In this document: positions 1 to 14,200 of the stretch, in pieces
How positions within the stretch are numbered: position 1 is the stretch's first letter
Layout of the letters: each line of letters opens with the position of its first letter
DNA from: Octopus vulgaris
Taxonomy: Eukaryota
Assembly: GCA_951406725.2 (NCBI GenBank)
Contig: OX597815.1
Location: 21,452,001 to 21,516,000 of the forward strand
DNA: 64,000 bases
Direction: 5' to 3'
The notes under the pieces: generated by a model
Told to the model about the DNA's origin: nothing
Databases searched by the model: none
The model's input: only the letters and a program-made list of their open reading frames with translations
Translations under genes and position numbers: made by a program

Positions 1-233
1 GGAAATAATTGACACTACTTTTATGACATTGATGATGTTTGTTTATGACTATCATGCATTAAGACAAGGTAGACACACATTCCCTCACACACACCTAGAT
101 ATATGTGCAACAGTTTCTGCTAACAATCTATTTACATGGCTTTATTCATTGAGACTATAGTAGAAATCACTTGCCCAAGGTGTGACTCAAAGGGATTGAA
201 TCTGAAAGTGATTAGGAAACACAGTCAGGTGTG

Positions 234-274
<41 letters not shown>

Positions 275-277
275 ATA

Positions 278-453
278 GAGTGGTTGTGTAGTAAGAAACT
301 TGCTTCACAACCACACGCTTCTAGGCTCAGTCACACTGCATGGCATGTTGGGCATGTAACTTCTGCTGTAGCCTCGGGCTGACCAAAGCCTTGTGAGTGG
401 ATTTGGTAGATGAAACTTGAAAGAAGCCCGTTATATATATATATGTGTGTTTG

Positions 454-488
<35 letters not shown>

Positions 489-681
489 TTGTGTGTCTGT
501 GTTTGTCCCCCTTACCATTGCTTAGCAACTGATGTTGGTGTGTTTACGTCCACATGACTTCACGGCTTAGCAAAAGAGAAAGATAGAATAAGTACTAGGC
601 TTACAAAGAACAAGTTCTGGGATTGATTTGTTCGACTAAAGGCTGTGCTTCAGCACGGCCGCAGTCATATGACTGAAACAA
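278..681 (+). mobile_element. SINE family C with internal microsatellite; related copies at about 110-230, 4140-4275, 12620-12760, 14165-14530, 49400-49750, 56990-57300, 58020-58150
   Basis: Recurrent gaccaaagccttgtgagtggatttggtaga and gcatggccgcagtca..tgactgaaac motifs in both orientations. Confidence 0.75.
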
Positions 682-822
682 TATATACACACACTCACTA
701 TATATTTGTAATTGTTTCTTTCTCTACATGTGTGCATTTGTATATGAATATATGCATGTACATACATGCATATATACATACACACATACCTGTACACTCA
801 TATACATGTGTGTGAATAGGTA

Positions 823-1053
823 GGCGGCGAGTTGGCAGAAATGTTAGCACGCCGGCCGAAATGCGTAGCCGTATTTCGTCTGCCGTTACATTCTGAGTTC
901 AAATTCTGCCGAGGTTGACTTTGCCTTTCATCCTTTTGGGGTCAATAAATTAAGTACCAGTTACGCACTGGGGTCGATATAATCGACTTAATCCATTTGT
1001 CTGTCCTTGTTTGTCCCCTCTGTGTGTAGCCCCTTGTGAGTAGTAAAGAAATA
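823..1053 (+). mobile_element. SINE family B copy (ggcggcgagytggcagaa...aaagaaata); others at 30210-30423 (+), 40021-40241 (-), 48672-49143 (nested), fragments at about 19380-19530, 26470-26600, 35620-35690
   Basis: Highly similar ~230-bp dispersed copies with B-box-like gagttcaaattc. The 40021-40241 copy is flanked by a ttaaaatgca duplication. Confidence 0.88.
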
Positions 1054-1077
1054 GGTATATGTGTATGTATATATGCT

Positions 1078-1124
<47 letters not shown>

Positions 1125-1179
1125 CTTCCTATATACATATAAATATCTATGTATATAACGATGATGTTTTTACATATAT

Positions 1180-1548
1180 AGGTAGCTGTTGGACCTGGCA
1201 TTGCTCGTGTTTTCCGTGTTGACGTTAAGCCCACCGCTGACCTTGTATTGAATAAGCATTTCCTTAGTGACTAGTCTATCAATTTTGTTGAAATTTTACT
1301 CGTGAAAATATGCAAAAGCTACAGGAAAAATAACATCGTTATGGGAATTTCCATTCAACGCCCGATTGAGCTCACAAAAACCAATGCCAACTAAGCATTA
1401 TAGACTGTTCGAAAAATTCTGGCCTTATTTGAACTTCAGGGCATGTGATCTGCCTATGTGCCCTGAATCATTAAAATCGGTTGGACGGTGTGGAGTAACC
1501 CCAAACACACACACAGACACACACCATTATAGATTTATGTGTATAGAT
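1180..1548 (+). mobile_element. Possible non-autonomous Helitron/Helentron-like (HINE) element
   Basis: Starts tagctgttggacctggcattgctcg and ends aaaatcggttggacgg...(ac)n...ttatgtgtatagat, an architecture typical of DINE-1/HINE-like repeats. Confidence 0.45.
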
Positions 1549-2369
1549 GTGTGTGCATGTATATGTGTGTATATCTCTGTATACATGCATGTGTTTGTGT
1601 GTGTATATATACACACACACATATATCTGTGTATACTTATATATATTTGCATATGTATATAGATGTATGTATACATATGAATACATGTGATATGCATGTA
1701 TATATGTACATGTATATATACATGTATATGCAGGAATGTATGTATATATTCACCTTCCTGTAACTTGAAGATATATCCTGATACCTCTTCACCATCTTTG
1801 TAGCTATGTATTTCTTCTACTGCAAGACACTTGTTTTTGTCTATCATACTTTAATCTCTCATCACTTAGCATTAAGCCACTTCCTGCAATATACACCCAC
1901 CTCATTTGAGGGGTCATGCCTTGCTAGGTATTTGGTTACCTCACTACTACTGCTGCTGCTGCCACTTCTGTGAAGTGATTGGCATTAGGAAGGGCATCTA
2001 GTTACAGAAACCACGTCAGCTCGGACATTGGTGCTTGATGCAGTCCTCTAGCTCATTGGCTCCTGTCAAACTGTTCAAATCATGCTGGCATGAAGAATGG
2101 ACATTAAACAGTGTTGATGATATTTGTATGTATATATCATGGTGACAGAAAGGCCATCCAGGTGTAGAAAACCTGCAGTAAACTGTCTGACACATGTAAG
2201 CATGGAAAAATGTATGTTAAAATGATGGTGTGTGTATATAGTGTTTGTATTTGTATACATTTGTAGATATATATGCATATGTGGTTATGCATATATGTAT
2301 TATATATATATACTAGCAAGCCCGAATCATCAAAACAATGGGAGAAACCATTGATAAATGTCAGCAATC

Positions 2370-2436
<67 letters not shown>

Positions 2437-2489
2437 GAGGATTGAAGCACTTGAACTGATACAGTTGTAATGTTTTGGTTAAAAATATT

Positions 2490-3410
2490 ATCATCATTTA
2501 ACGTCTGTTATCCATGCTGTCATGGGTTGGGCAGTTTGACTGGGGTAGCATGCTGGAAGGTTGCACCAGACTCCAGTCTGATTTGACATGGTTTTCTACT
2601 GCTGGATGCCCTTCCTAACGGGTCCTTTTATGTGCCACCAGCATGGGTGCATTTGGCTTGATGGGTCCTCTCAAGCACAGCACTGTGAGGCTCAAAGTTT
2701 GAAGATCATGTTCCTCACCTCGTCCCATGTCTACCACAGGTTCCCTCCACAGTTAAAAAAATTGGTACTCCTTTACACAGCTTCCTTTGTCCATACCCAT
2801 CACATGATCATATCAGTGCAGTTGTCTTTCTTGCACACCACATCTGATTCATCTTATGCCTAACTTTTCTCTCAAGATGGTTACACTCTGTTGAACATGT
2901 GCACTGACATTGCACATCCGGCGAAGCATACTAGCTATGCATGTCCTTGGCTGTTATAGCCCATATTTCACTGCCATGCAGCATAGCTATTCACACACAG
3001 GCATCAAACAATCTGCCTTTCACTCTGAGAGAAAGGCCCTTTGTTACTAGTAGGGGTAGGAGCTCTCTGAACTTTGCCCAGCCTAATCTTATTCTCACAG
3101 CTACTCTCTTGGAGCATCCACCTCCACTATTAAAATGGTTACCTAGATAACAGAAATTCTCTACTACATCTAGCTTGCCCCCTTGGCAGTTGATGGAGTC
3201 TATTTTCTGTGCATTTTCAGCATTTATTGTACCTTTCCATCTTCTACATACAAAAGTTAGGTTCCTTGTTAACCTTCCTCTGATATTGCTGCATCTTTCA
3301 TGTGTCCAAAGCTTACACTAGGCGCATCTTATGGAGTTTCTACGTAACCACACACCTTTTTTGCAGATTGAGCAGGGCCATCTACCTGAAGGGATTTGTG
3401 ATTTGTGGAA
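2490..3410 (-). mobile_element. Decayed RTE LINE 3' fragment including the PHD-like region
   Basis: Colinear with 52505-53630 (e.g. cagattgagcagggcca, catcttatggagtttctac); frameshifted. Confidence 0.88.
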
Positions 3411-3663
3411 CATCTACTTTCGCATGCTCACAAGGATCAGACAAATTTCATAGAGCTGGATACCTTTCCTATTGCTGACCCTTACCTCTTTCCAAGTAAG
3501 GTAATATTCCACTATACCCAAACATGATTACTTGGGAGATTGAAAACAAAGAACACCTCTTGCATGACAAGGACACTTGCTTACAACCATTGTCCACTGT
3601 CAAGGTGACAAGACAGTAAAACGCACACACGCACATATATGTACATATATTTATATATATATA

Positions 3664-3980
3664 TCATCATCATCATCGTTTAACGTCCGCTTTCCATGCT
3701 AGCATGGGTTGGATGGTTCAACTGGGGTCTGGGAAGCCAGGAGGCTGCACCAGGCTCCAGTCTGATCTGGCAGTGTTTCTACAGCTGGATGCCCTTCCTA
3801 ACGCCAACCACTCCGTGAGTGTAGTGGGTGCTTTTTACGTGCCACCGGCACGGGGGCCAGACGAGGCTGGCAGCAGCCATAATCGGATGGTGCTTTTTAC
3901 GTGCCACCGGCACGGAGGCCAGTCAGGGTGGCACTGGCAACGGACACGTTCGGATGGTTCTCTTACGTGCCACCGGCATC
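3664..3980 (-). mobile_element. RTE 3'-UTR/tail copy, representative of more than 20 copies (e.g. 9090-9295, 11889-12230, 13740-13962, 17730-17928, 18661-18935, 20633-21047, 30635-30836, 36775-37020, 51195-51440, 58660-58830, 61422-61810, 63000-63195)
   Basis: (cat)n-cgtttaacgtccgctttccatgctagcatgggttgga...ggatgcccttcctaacgccaaccactc matches the 3' end of the LINE at 52505-52740. Confidence 0.92.
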
Positions 3981-4979
3981 ACTGCATATGTATTGAATCT
4001 ATGCATAATATGTGTGTGTGTATATATGTATGCAAACCATGTATATAGATCTGTAGATACTTATAAAATACACACATGTATATATGTATTTACATACATT
4101 TCTACCTACCCTCATACATGTGTACATACATACATATGGTAGGCTTCTTTCACTTTCTGTCTACCAAATCCACTCAAGGCTTTAGTTGCATTGGGGACAT
4201 AGTAGACGACAAGGTGTTACACAGTCTGACTAAACCCACAACCATGTGGTAGGGAAACAAGCTTCTTACCATGCTGACACACACACGTACACATACATAC
4301 ACACTACACACACACACACATGTACACCCATATATATGCATATTTATATATACATCTATACGTGTGCATACAAATACATATGTGCGTGTGAATGTGTTAT
4401 TCTTTACCTGGAAAAAGGAAGGAAGGTTTGTTTCAGAAAGGGCAAGCATGGAAAGACAGGTTGAAAGGAAAGAAAAATAATGTAACTATATATATATATA
4501 TGTGTGCATATATATATATATATATATATGATTGCGTGTGTGATGTATAAAATCTTATGTTATGTGAGCATAATACTTTGAAAACAAAAGTTTAATAGTT
4601 AACTTCATATATATTTATACATTGTGTGTGTGCACATTTGTGAAATTGATAAAATAGATATAATTTACGATAAAAATTTAGTTTAATTTTGATTAAAGTG
4701 CCAGTGACTTCAGAGCAAAATATTTCATTACACTTCACCTGCATTTTACATCTGTGACTGTCACTCATTCCCAGCCTGTTATAATTACCCTTGTTTCAGA
4801 TAAGAAAGACAGACAGAACAATTAAGTAGAGACATTATGGCAAGAAAGTAGAAATGCTATAAGACAAATGCATAAAAAATGTATAGTGTATTATATATAC
4901 TAGTGTTTGGTTTTCTGATAAATTTATTTTTTAAAAAATTTTGATTTGTATTTTCATCAACAATTTGAGCAGATGAGTC

Positions 4980-5960
4980 ACTAATATATTGTTCATGACT
5001 CTTTCCAGCATTCCACTAGCATGTCAATGCTTTGATAGTAGAAATCACCACTTCTTAGCATGAAGAATTCATTGAACTATGTTTTCCGCTCCATGTCGTC
5101 ATTGAATGAAATGTGTTAGAGACTGTTAGCAACTAAAAAAGGTGGTAATCTGAAGGTGTGTTGTAGAACTTCCCAACTCCCCTCTTGAATAGCATTTTTG
5201 GTCAAATTAGCAACATGAGAGCAAACAGCAAACATTGTTGTGTTGAAGAATCTTGTTGCATCATTGACTTGGTTGTTTTGTCTGGATTGCCTCATCGAGC
5301 TATTGCATTTGCTGAACGTAAAGCTCTGCACAGAGTTTTCAAGCATATCACAGTGGATTTACTCTTCCTAATCCTTTCAAACAAATTATTATCTTGTGTG
5401 GATGCAGCTCCAACTTGATTTGAGGTGTTGCTTGCTTGTCAAGACTCAGCCGTTGTTTCCTCTATTTCTTACTGATGTAAATACACCATTTTTCATCATT
5501 GGTGACCGTGCAATAAAGAAATCTCTATCTGTGACAGTGAGTAGCCAGGTGTTTAGTGATAGATGAGCACTGGAGTCTGTCTCTTTCATTCAGAGAATGC
5601 GGCACTTGCGCACTAAATTTTTGGACTTTACTCATCAAGGAAGGTGACAGGCAATTATATCATGAGAGTATCTCATCTGTTGGCCAATTCTTAAGAGGAT
5701 TGGTGCCGTTCCTTGAGGATGAGCTGGTTCAATCAATCCGCATTGAACTAAACAAGTTGGCCAGAATGTAGAGAGTCTGTGAGGTTGAATTTTCCATCTT
5801 GTAGCATGAAAACCATTTTTGTGCAGTTCTTTCAGCAATAGCATTTTCATACACAGCATAAATGTCTTGAGTGGGTTTGGTAGCTTTGGAACCTTGACTG
5901 AAAGCAATGAAAAGAAAGTGTCAAAAATGCTTGTTTCTTCTACTTGGCATTCAATTGTCC
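4980..5960 (-). mobile_element. Decayed mariner transposase
   Basis: Fragments such as SHVANLTKNAIQEGSWEVLQH resemble mariner PHVAxxTxxxLxELGWEVLPHP; N-terminal helix-turn-helix remnant near 5800-5930; many frameshifts. Confidence 0.8.
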
Positions 5961-7174
5961 TTTATTTGAAGAGAGGTAAAATTTATTCAGACTTCATAAA
6001 ATGATAAACAAAAGTGGCAGTAATTCAAATAGCAGTGGGAAGAAACAAATGACAACTCTCTCTATATATGCATTATATATCATCATTTAATGTCTGCCTT
6101 CCATGCTGACGTGAGTTGGACAGTTTGACAGGAGCCTGCACCAGACTTCTGTGTCTGTTTTGGCAGGGTTTTTACAGCTGGATGCCCTTCCTAATACCAA
6201 CCACCCAGCAGACTGGACACATCCACTTTTAGATGGATTTTGAGGCAGACATTTTCTACAGATGGATGCTCTTCCTGTTGCTAACCTTCACCAGTTTCCA
6301 ATAAGGTAATATTTCTACAAGCCAGACATGTTCTTGCAGAATATTGGAAATGACGCTGCTTGTATATCAGTAACACTCATTTACAACTATTATTCAATGT
6401 TAAGACACACACTCACAGTCGCAATCAAACTTGTTACCACACTGCCACACCTGCATATGTATTTATATGTACACGCTCGTATATATACGTGTGTGCGTCT
6501 ACTAGTTCCTTGCTAGGTTGCTCTAGCACCCAATCATTACCTTCCTCTTATCTCCTTCAGCCACATATCTTCTTTATAGCAAGACACCTGTGTGTGTCCT
6601 GCTATCATATTTTAGCCTTTTGACAGCTGGTATAACAGCCACTCATTTCCACCTTTCCCTCCCGAATACTTCTTAGCAGAGGGAGTGTTTTCTTCCCTTT
6701 CTTTCTCTTTCTCTTCTGTCTTGCATGTTACCTTGCAACCTCACTAGTGTCAGTGGCATAAAAAAAGCACCCAGAACACTTTAAGTGGTTGGCATTACAG
6801 AGGACATCCAGCCTTAGAAACTATGCCAAAACTGAAAGATGACATTGGAGCTTGATGCATCTCAGTAGTTCTCAAATCATCCTACCCATGCCAGCATGGA
6901 AACTGGACATTAAGTGATGATGATGTGTGCATATATGTATATACATCTATGTATACATTTTATATATATAGGTTTTCTTATTTAAAGGTATATATATATG
7001 TGTGAGTGTGTATGTATATATATATATATATAGGTTTGCATATTTAAAGGTATACGCATGTATGTATATATGGGGCTGTATGTGTATATATACACACACA
7101 CGTGTATATATGACTATAGATCTACTTGAATATGAGTAAACTCCACTGAAACACACACGCACAGTGTATAATAT

Positions 7175-7458
7175 AGTGTGGAAAAAATTGTTTGCATTAA
7201 TATACATGCTATGCATTATGCAATATTATTGTATATTCACAAATCAATGCATACACACACTCATAAAATATACATAGATACACACATATATACACGTGCA
7301 TGTATGTATGGCTACAGATCTACTACTCACACAAATTAACACTGCTGTTAATACAGATGCATATACCTACACACACACAATTTAGTGTGGAATGAAATTG
7401 TTTGCATTAATATGTATGCTATTTATTAGGCAATACAATTCTATATTCACAAATCAGT
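7175..7458. repeat. Diverged local direct duplication (about 7175-7250 and 7384-7458)
   Basis: gtgtggaa..aaattgtttgcattaatat...tatattcacaaatca occurs twice about 205 bp apart. Confidence 0.8.
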
Positions 7459-7557
7459 TCGATTTGATTTATAAATACACATATACATATATATTCAATA
7501 TGTGACCGCATCTGTATCGTTGGCGATTTTTTTTTTTTTCCCCCCTGTCTTCCCTTC

Positions 7558-7590
7558 CTGACAAAGAGCTCTACTCGAAACGTTAAATCC
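7558..7590 (+). ncRNA. Degenerate minimal hammerhead-like motif in a dispersed repeat (about 7500-7690)
   Basis: CTGACAA-a-gag-ctcta-ctc-GAAAC-gtta resembles Penelope-type minimal hammerheads (CUGANGA...GAAAC) with a G to A change. No convincing stem I. Confidence 0.45.
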
Positions 7591-7685
7591 TCCCTCTTTC
7601 GTTCCCTTTCCTGAGCGTCCAATAACACTATACTTGTTCCACATCCTCGCGTTGTTGTGTTTTCTCTTTGTGTTTTCATGTTTGG

Positions 7686-7720
<35 letters not shown>

Positions 7721-7958
7721 GCATTGTCTAAAAAAGAATAGGGTAAATGTTTTTTAATTTTCCTTAAATTTCGGAATTACTACTACTTGCAGTTGGAGTC
7801 CTGGCTGCTCTTTCTAGTGGGTCGAACGGCCTATTGTGGCCGTTCCTCAATTGTTGTTGAATTTATTTATAGTTTCTGACTATTTCCTCTTTCTCAATAG
7901 ACCGCTGGTGGCAAAATAATTTCTATTGAATTTTTTGCTACCCTAAATTGATTAATTG

Positions 7959-7998
<40 letters not shown>

Positions 7999-9469
7999 TC
8001 ATTTAACATCTGTTTTCCATGCTACCATAGGTTGGACAGTTTGACAAGGAGCTTGCAAGCTGCAGAGCTGCACCAGGCTCTAATTGTCTGTTTTCGTATA
8101 GTTTCCCTGGCTGGATGCACCCAGTACACTTTACAAAGTGTACTGGGTGCTTTTTTTGTGGCACCAGCATGGGAGCATTTTTTACTTAGTGCCAGCATGG
8201 GTGCTTTTTACTTGATACCATATATATGATGATGATGATGCCTGGCCACTCATGACTGGGGAAAACCATCACTGACCATTACCCATGCAAAATACCAGTA
8301 ATGCCTGTGCCTGTAGTTATTGCACCAACAGTTGGCTTCACACGGGTTTATGTCTGCATCTTCCATGCTCGCTGTAGCACCTCCTACTCAACTGGGCATC
8401 AAATAATCACCTTGCTTGCAAATGCATAGCCTAAAATTCTAGATCCAATAAGGCTTGTACAGCAACTTATGGACCCTCTCCACCCTACTGATATGATTCA
8501 GACACAAGCCAAGGTAAGATATCCGGTGCCAATATAAGTCACAGGTTCAGGAATGTGGGAGAGCCATGATCTCAAGTGCACACAAAAGATCCCCAAAATT
8601 TTCAGTGCCATTCCCTGCACATCAGGTTTTATATCTGACCTCCTAAAGACTTGCTTTAGCAAAAGCTGTGGGGTACCTCACTCCCAGTAGTCTACCAGCA
8701 TGCTGGATCCTATACTGGAATTTCTGAGGATCCATGCTACTGCTAGACAGTTGTTGAACCTACACTAGGGTCATCCATCCTTTTGACAGGTCTTGTTTTT
8801 AGTTCTGTTGGGCTTCTAGCAAACCTAGTGGGGGTGCCGCTTGTACTGGATTCAATGTTACTAATAGCACTCAGAAGAGACCTCACAAGTGGCCTGACAC
8901 TGTGTGTGTGTGTACACATGCACACACATATGTGCATATACTATTTTATTAAAAATCTTTGCAAACCAGACAGTTGTGACTGTCACATGAACGCTCACAT
9001 GAAACTCTGAGGAGTAGTTTGTCAAGATTTTTTTTCAGCTTTAATAAAATAGTAGCTCCATAAAGCCAAGTAAAATTGCAGTTGTGGCAGATACTGGTGT
9101 CATGCAAATGGCACCTGTGCAGATGGCATGTAAAAGTACTCATTACACACTTGGAGTGGTTGACATTAGGAAGGGCATCCCGCTGTAGATACCATGCCAA
9201 AAGAGACTGGAGTCTGGTGCAGCCTTCCAACTTGCCAGCCCTGGTCAAACCGTCCAACCTATGCCAGCATGGACAATAGACATTAAATGATGAGGGTTAC
9301 TCTATCTTTGGTATTCGAGTACAATTTTTTCCACTTTGTTTTGCACCTATGTGCTTGTGTGTGTGTGTATGCATATATATATGTGTGTGTGTGTGTGTGA
9401 GTGTATACCTATATGACAGTGTGTATATACATGTGTGTGTGTGTGTGTGTGTATGTATATATATATAGA

Positions 9470-10450
9470 GAGAGAGTGTGGGAGCTGAATGCAGTGCTAA
9501 CATCTCTGGGAATGCATAGAGTTGAGGCACAATACACCAAAGTGCTCAGAAATGCGAACTCTGGATGAAAGAGATCCAATTAAGAATTGTCAAGATGCTG
9601 TCTCTACAAAACTCTTAACTGCTTGTCTAGATATGATCAATAGAAACCTAGGCTGAAGAGGTGGGGTGATCATCAACAATGAGCTACTAACCTGATTCCT
9701 ATTCACAGGTGACATTATACTTACCACTAAAACCACAGATCAACTGCTGATTGTACTGACAGAGCTGGACACATGTAGATCAGCTAGTGACCTTACAATG
9801 AACTGCATAAAAATAAATACATGTAGTTCAGAAACAAAGCACAAGACCAAATAGAGGTGGGAAGCTACAAAATCAAGGAGGTACGCAGTGAATATATGTC
9901 AAGACATGGATACTGAAATCTTGTGGAGAAAAAGGCAGGATGGAAGGCATTTCCCTTGATTAAAAGATGTACCCAAACCAAAGCTGGATATGACCAACCA
10001 TGCCGGTCTTTTTAATAGCACTGTTCTACCTGCACTCTTTTATACAAGTGAAATGTGAGCTGCTGCAAATAGGGAAGAACATTGATTGGTTATGGCACAA
10101 AGGGCTACTGAAAGGTCCATGGTAAGACTATCATTGTGAGGACATAACCGAAATGAAATGATTCTAGAAAGAAGTGGAGTGAGTGATGTCATTGTAGAAT
10201 GCTGAACGCACAAGTTCTGCTTGGTCTGATATGTCACAAGGTTCACAGACACCTGGTGGACCTGTGTAGTTACCAAGTCATATTCAAGGGATTGGAAAAG
10301 ACCCCTTAGAAGGCTTCCGCTATGATGGGAAGAATTTACTAAAACAATTTTGGCCAAGATGGAAGAGAATGTCATAATCAAGAAAGAATTGGGAGCGCAT
10401 TGTGACCAGCAGTGTATAACAACATCCAACAGCCTGGTTGATACAAGTCA
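9470..10450 (+). mobile_element. Decayed RTE-clade LINE of a second family (RT C-terminus and 3' end)
   Basis: Remnant motifs RKKAGWKAF, LFNSTVLPAL, AQRATERSM, RDWKRPLRR. Confidence 0.8.
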
Positions 10451-10689
10451 TATATATTTATATATAAACACCTTCATGTACCTTGAAGTCCATCCCTGAT
10501 CCGTGATCTCTAGTTTATCTTCAACCTGGTACCCCCACCCATCATTCTTCTATAATTTTGTATCTGTGTAGTTCCTCTATAGCAAATCTGATCTGGCCTC
10601 TTTCATAATTTAACCTCTCATTTCTTAGTATAAAATTGCTTTCCTCTCTACTGTGTCTCCATACAGCCAAAGAGGATCATGGTTTTCCA

Positions 10690-11285
10690 AGGTGTATGGT
10701 GGCCTCAACAGTATGGGTGTCATGAACAAAAGACCCAGTATCCTCTACAAAATTATTGGTGTTAGGAATGTCATCCAGCCTTTGAGTCCAGTGTCTGCAT
10801 GGAAGATGGCTTTTAAATGATTTGGTCATGTGATGCATACAGATGAGGACAGCTGCATAAAGAAGTGCCAAGCTCTAATTGAGGAAGGAACCTGTGAAGG
10901 GGTAAACCCAAGAAGGTATGGGATGAAGTGATAAGAAAAGATTTTTGGATGCTGGGCCTCAATGAGGAAATGACAAGGGACCGGAAATTGTGGTGATTTG
11001 CTGTACTTGAGCGGATGCATCAAGCTAAGTAAAATCACTGTTATCCATTCATACAGGCTTCTCTTTTACATGTGCTGGTGCCACATAAAATGCACTTATG
11101 CTGGTGACATATAAAAAGCACCCAGCACACACTGTAGAGTGGTTGGCATTAGGAAGGGCATCCAGCTGTAGAAACAGACAACAGACAATTAGAGTCTGGA
11201 CAAATCCTTGCTGGCTAGCTCCTGTCAAACTGTCCAACCCATGCCAGCATGGAAAATGGAAGTTAATTGATGATGGTGATATATA
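10690..11285 (+). mobile_element. Decayed RTE 3' fragment with tail; another short one at about 13215-13420
   Basis: W.GHVM...EDSCIKKC, GRGRLRKTWNEV remnants, followed by the family 3' UTR. Confidence 0.8.
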
Positions 11286-14200
11286 ATGGGTAAGAATACG
11301 TCCAAAAGACGTATAGCAGACACAGACAATTAGTGCTTAGACTGGACCAGATGTCTAAAATCCTATGTCAAACAGAGATCGAATCCTGGCAAACGAGTTG
11401 GCTATATACCAGTTGAGCTAATAAAAGATGGTCAGGTGGTTACTAATGATATCAAAAACATTTATAAAATAGCTATACAGAAGTGTTTATAAATATAATA
11501 AGCAGAAAAACAGGAAAATCAGGAAAGCAACAGTTCATAGTAGATCATTATAGATAGGTAGATATCCTGAACGTTTGTTCTCTAATATCATAGTTAAAAG
11601 GGAGGAGGTGCTTGATAGTCTTTTGTAGCAGTTCTTCATAGATAGTTAGGTATATGTGTGTGGGTACGTCTGTGTGTATATGAAAATGTATGTACAAATA
11701 TGTGTGTATGTATGTACATATATATATATGTATGTGCATGTATATATATATTGTGTTGATCTAAAAGTTGATTCAGTTTTTTTTATGCAAAAATATTCAA
11801 GTTTTAAACATTGATTTATTCAATCAATGATATAATTACCATTTTGTACACATGTTATGTACACCTTAGCAATGTGTTGTGGATATGTCATCATCATCAT
11901 TGTTTAACGTCTGCTTTCCATGCTAGCATGGGTTGGACGATTTGACTGGGGACTGGCGAACCAGATGGCTGCACCAGGCTCCAATCTTGATCTGGCGGAG
12001 TTTCTACAGCTGGATGCCCTTCCTAATGCCAACCACTCCGAGAGTGCAGTAGGTGCTTTTACATGCCACCGGCACAAGGGCCAGTCAAGTGGTACTGACA
12101 ACGGGCGTGTTTTTTTCTTTTTGTTTTTAATGTGTCACCTGCACACCAGCACAAGTGCCAGTAAGGCATCACTGGTAACGATCACACTCGAATGGTGCTT
12201 TTTACGTACCACCAGCTCAAATGCCAGTTAGCCGAAATATTTTACTGCGTATGCATTTGGAGCTTATAAAAATGATAAACCATAAGAATCCCAAAGAAAA
12301 CTAATTCTTGGCAGTACTTCTTCTCTACCCCTATTATTACTGTTGTTATACTAGCATTGCTCCTATGGCTATATCAAATATTGAAACAATGCTGTCTTAT
12401 GGAGACCATTGTGCCAAAGACTCTTAAGACAGTCACAGAACGAAGAATGTGACTAGCAGGTCATGTCCTGCCACAACCTGATTATGGATATGCAAAACTA
12501 GTATGGACACCAAAAGGAGAAAGACGACAAGGAAGATCATGTACCATATGGCATTGAATCTTTTACATCCTTCTGAAAGATTCAACAGAAAACTGGGAAA
12601 ATAAAAAAAACAAAAAAACATGTCACTTAGCGGTTCGGCAAAAGAGACCGATAGAATAAGTACTGGGCTTACAAAGAATAAGCCCCGGGGTCGAGTTGCT
12701 CGACTAAAGGCCGTGCTCCAGCATGGCCGCAGTCAACTGACTGAAACAAGTAAAAGAGTAAGGAGTAACCCATTGAGAAGACTGAAATGGACTTACTTAA
12801 CTATTATACTTCTACAACCATCTCTACCACTACCATTCTCTGTCTGTCATTCTTGCTGTGGTGATGGTTGTGGTAGTATTGGTAGTGTTCATTATAAGAG
12901 TGGTGGTATTGTTGATGTGATCCATGCTTGACAGTGTTAAAGTATTAAAACAACATCCGTTACTCCCTTCATTCTTATCTCTGTCATTTATGATTAAAGA
13001 TGTTCAGTCTCAGCCATCCTAGTGGCAACGATGGGAGCATGGTGGTGGTATCACAACCAGCACTATTAATACTACCACTGCCACCTCTGGAGTTTATAAA
13101 GAACCCTAAGAAACCTATATAAAGCTGAAAAAAATCCCCCTGGATCATCTTGGCATTCATCATCATTTAATCTCCCTGTGTTTTGGAGTTGATATTTATC
13201 AGTTATGTTGTTTACCCTATGTGATGCGGATGGATGTAGACAGCTCCATAAAGAAGTGCTGATCACTCAAAGTGGATGGAGCTCATGGAAGAGGGAGACT
13301 CAGAAAGACATGGAATGAAGTACTGAAGGACAACCTCGGGACATTGAACCTTTTGGAGAAGATGACAAAAGACCGAGATATATGGCATCTTGTTGTACTT
13401 AAGATGACTCATCCTCTACAACATGAAGCATTTCAGTATCCATGTCTTGACATGTATTCACTGTGTACCTCCTTGATTTTGTAGCTTCCCACCTAGATTT
13501 GGTCCTGTGCTTTGTTTTTGAACTGCATGTATTTATTTGTATGCAGTTCATTGTAAGGTCACTGGCTGAGCTATATGTGTCCAGCTCTGTCAGTACAATC
13601 AGCAGTTGATCTGTGGTTTTGGTGGTAAGTATAATGTCAGCTGTGAATAGGAATCATGTTAGTAGCTCATTGTTGATGACCACCCCACCTCTTCAGCCTA
13701 GATTTCTGTTGATCATATCAAGATGAAGAGGATTGGCCTGCTAAAGTCCTGTGCTGACGCCACATAAAAGTGCTCATACTGGTGTCATGTTAAAAGCATT
13801 CAGCATACACTGTAATGTAAGTGATTGGCATTAGGAAGGGCATTCAGCTGTAGAAACCAAGCCAAATCAGACTGGAACCTGGTACAGCTCTTTGGCTGCC
13901 AGTTCTGGTCAAACTGTCCAACCCATGCCAGCATGGAAAAACGGATGTTAAAGAATGATGAGTGTTTAAACAATTTACTTGCATTTTCACTCCTAAGTGT
14001 TAACAAAGTTTGCAAACTGAAACAGTTTACGAATTTTGGGGACATCTTTTGCAATTAGAAATGATCTTCCTTAACATTTTTTAGCTATGCAGACTAGAAC
14101 CTGTGACTGAGTTTAAAAGGAATTGTTTGAAAGAAAACCAGCAGCTGGTAGAGAAAGCTTATAGTCTCTCTCTTTACTCTTTACTTGTTTCAGTCATTTG

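Noticed and set aside
3704-4048. Recurring LQLDALPNANH / WLALGRASSC ORFs here and elsewhere
   Set aside because: Conceptual translations of the non-coding RTE 3' UTR repeat.
7815-7855. Hairpin gaacggcc-tattgt-ggccgttc with a hammerhead-like TGAGGA on the minus strand
   Set aside because: The GAAA core and stems I and III are absent.
8240-8900. Higher-complexity segment, possibly an old retroelement (similarly about 31190-31750)
   Set aside because: No diagnostic motif could be read with confidence.
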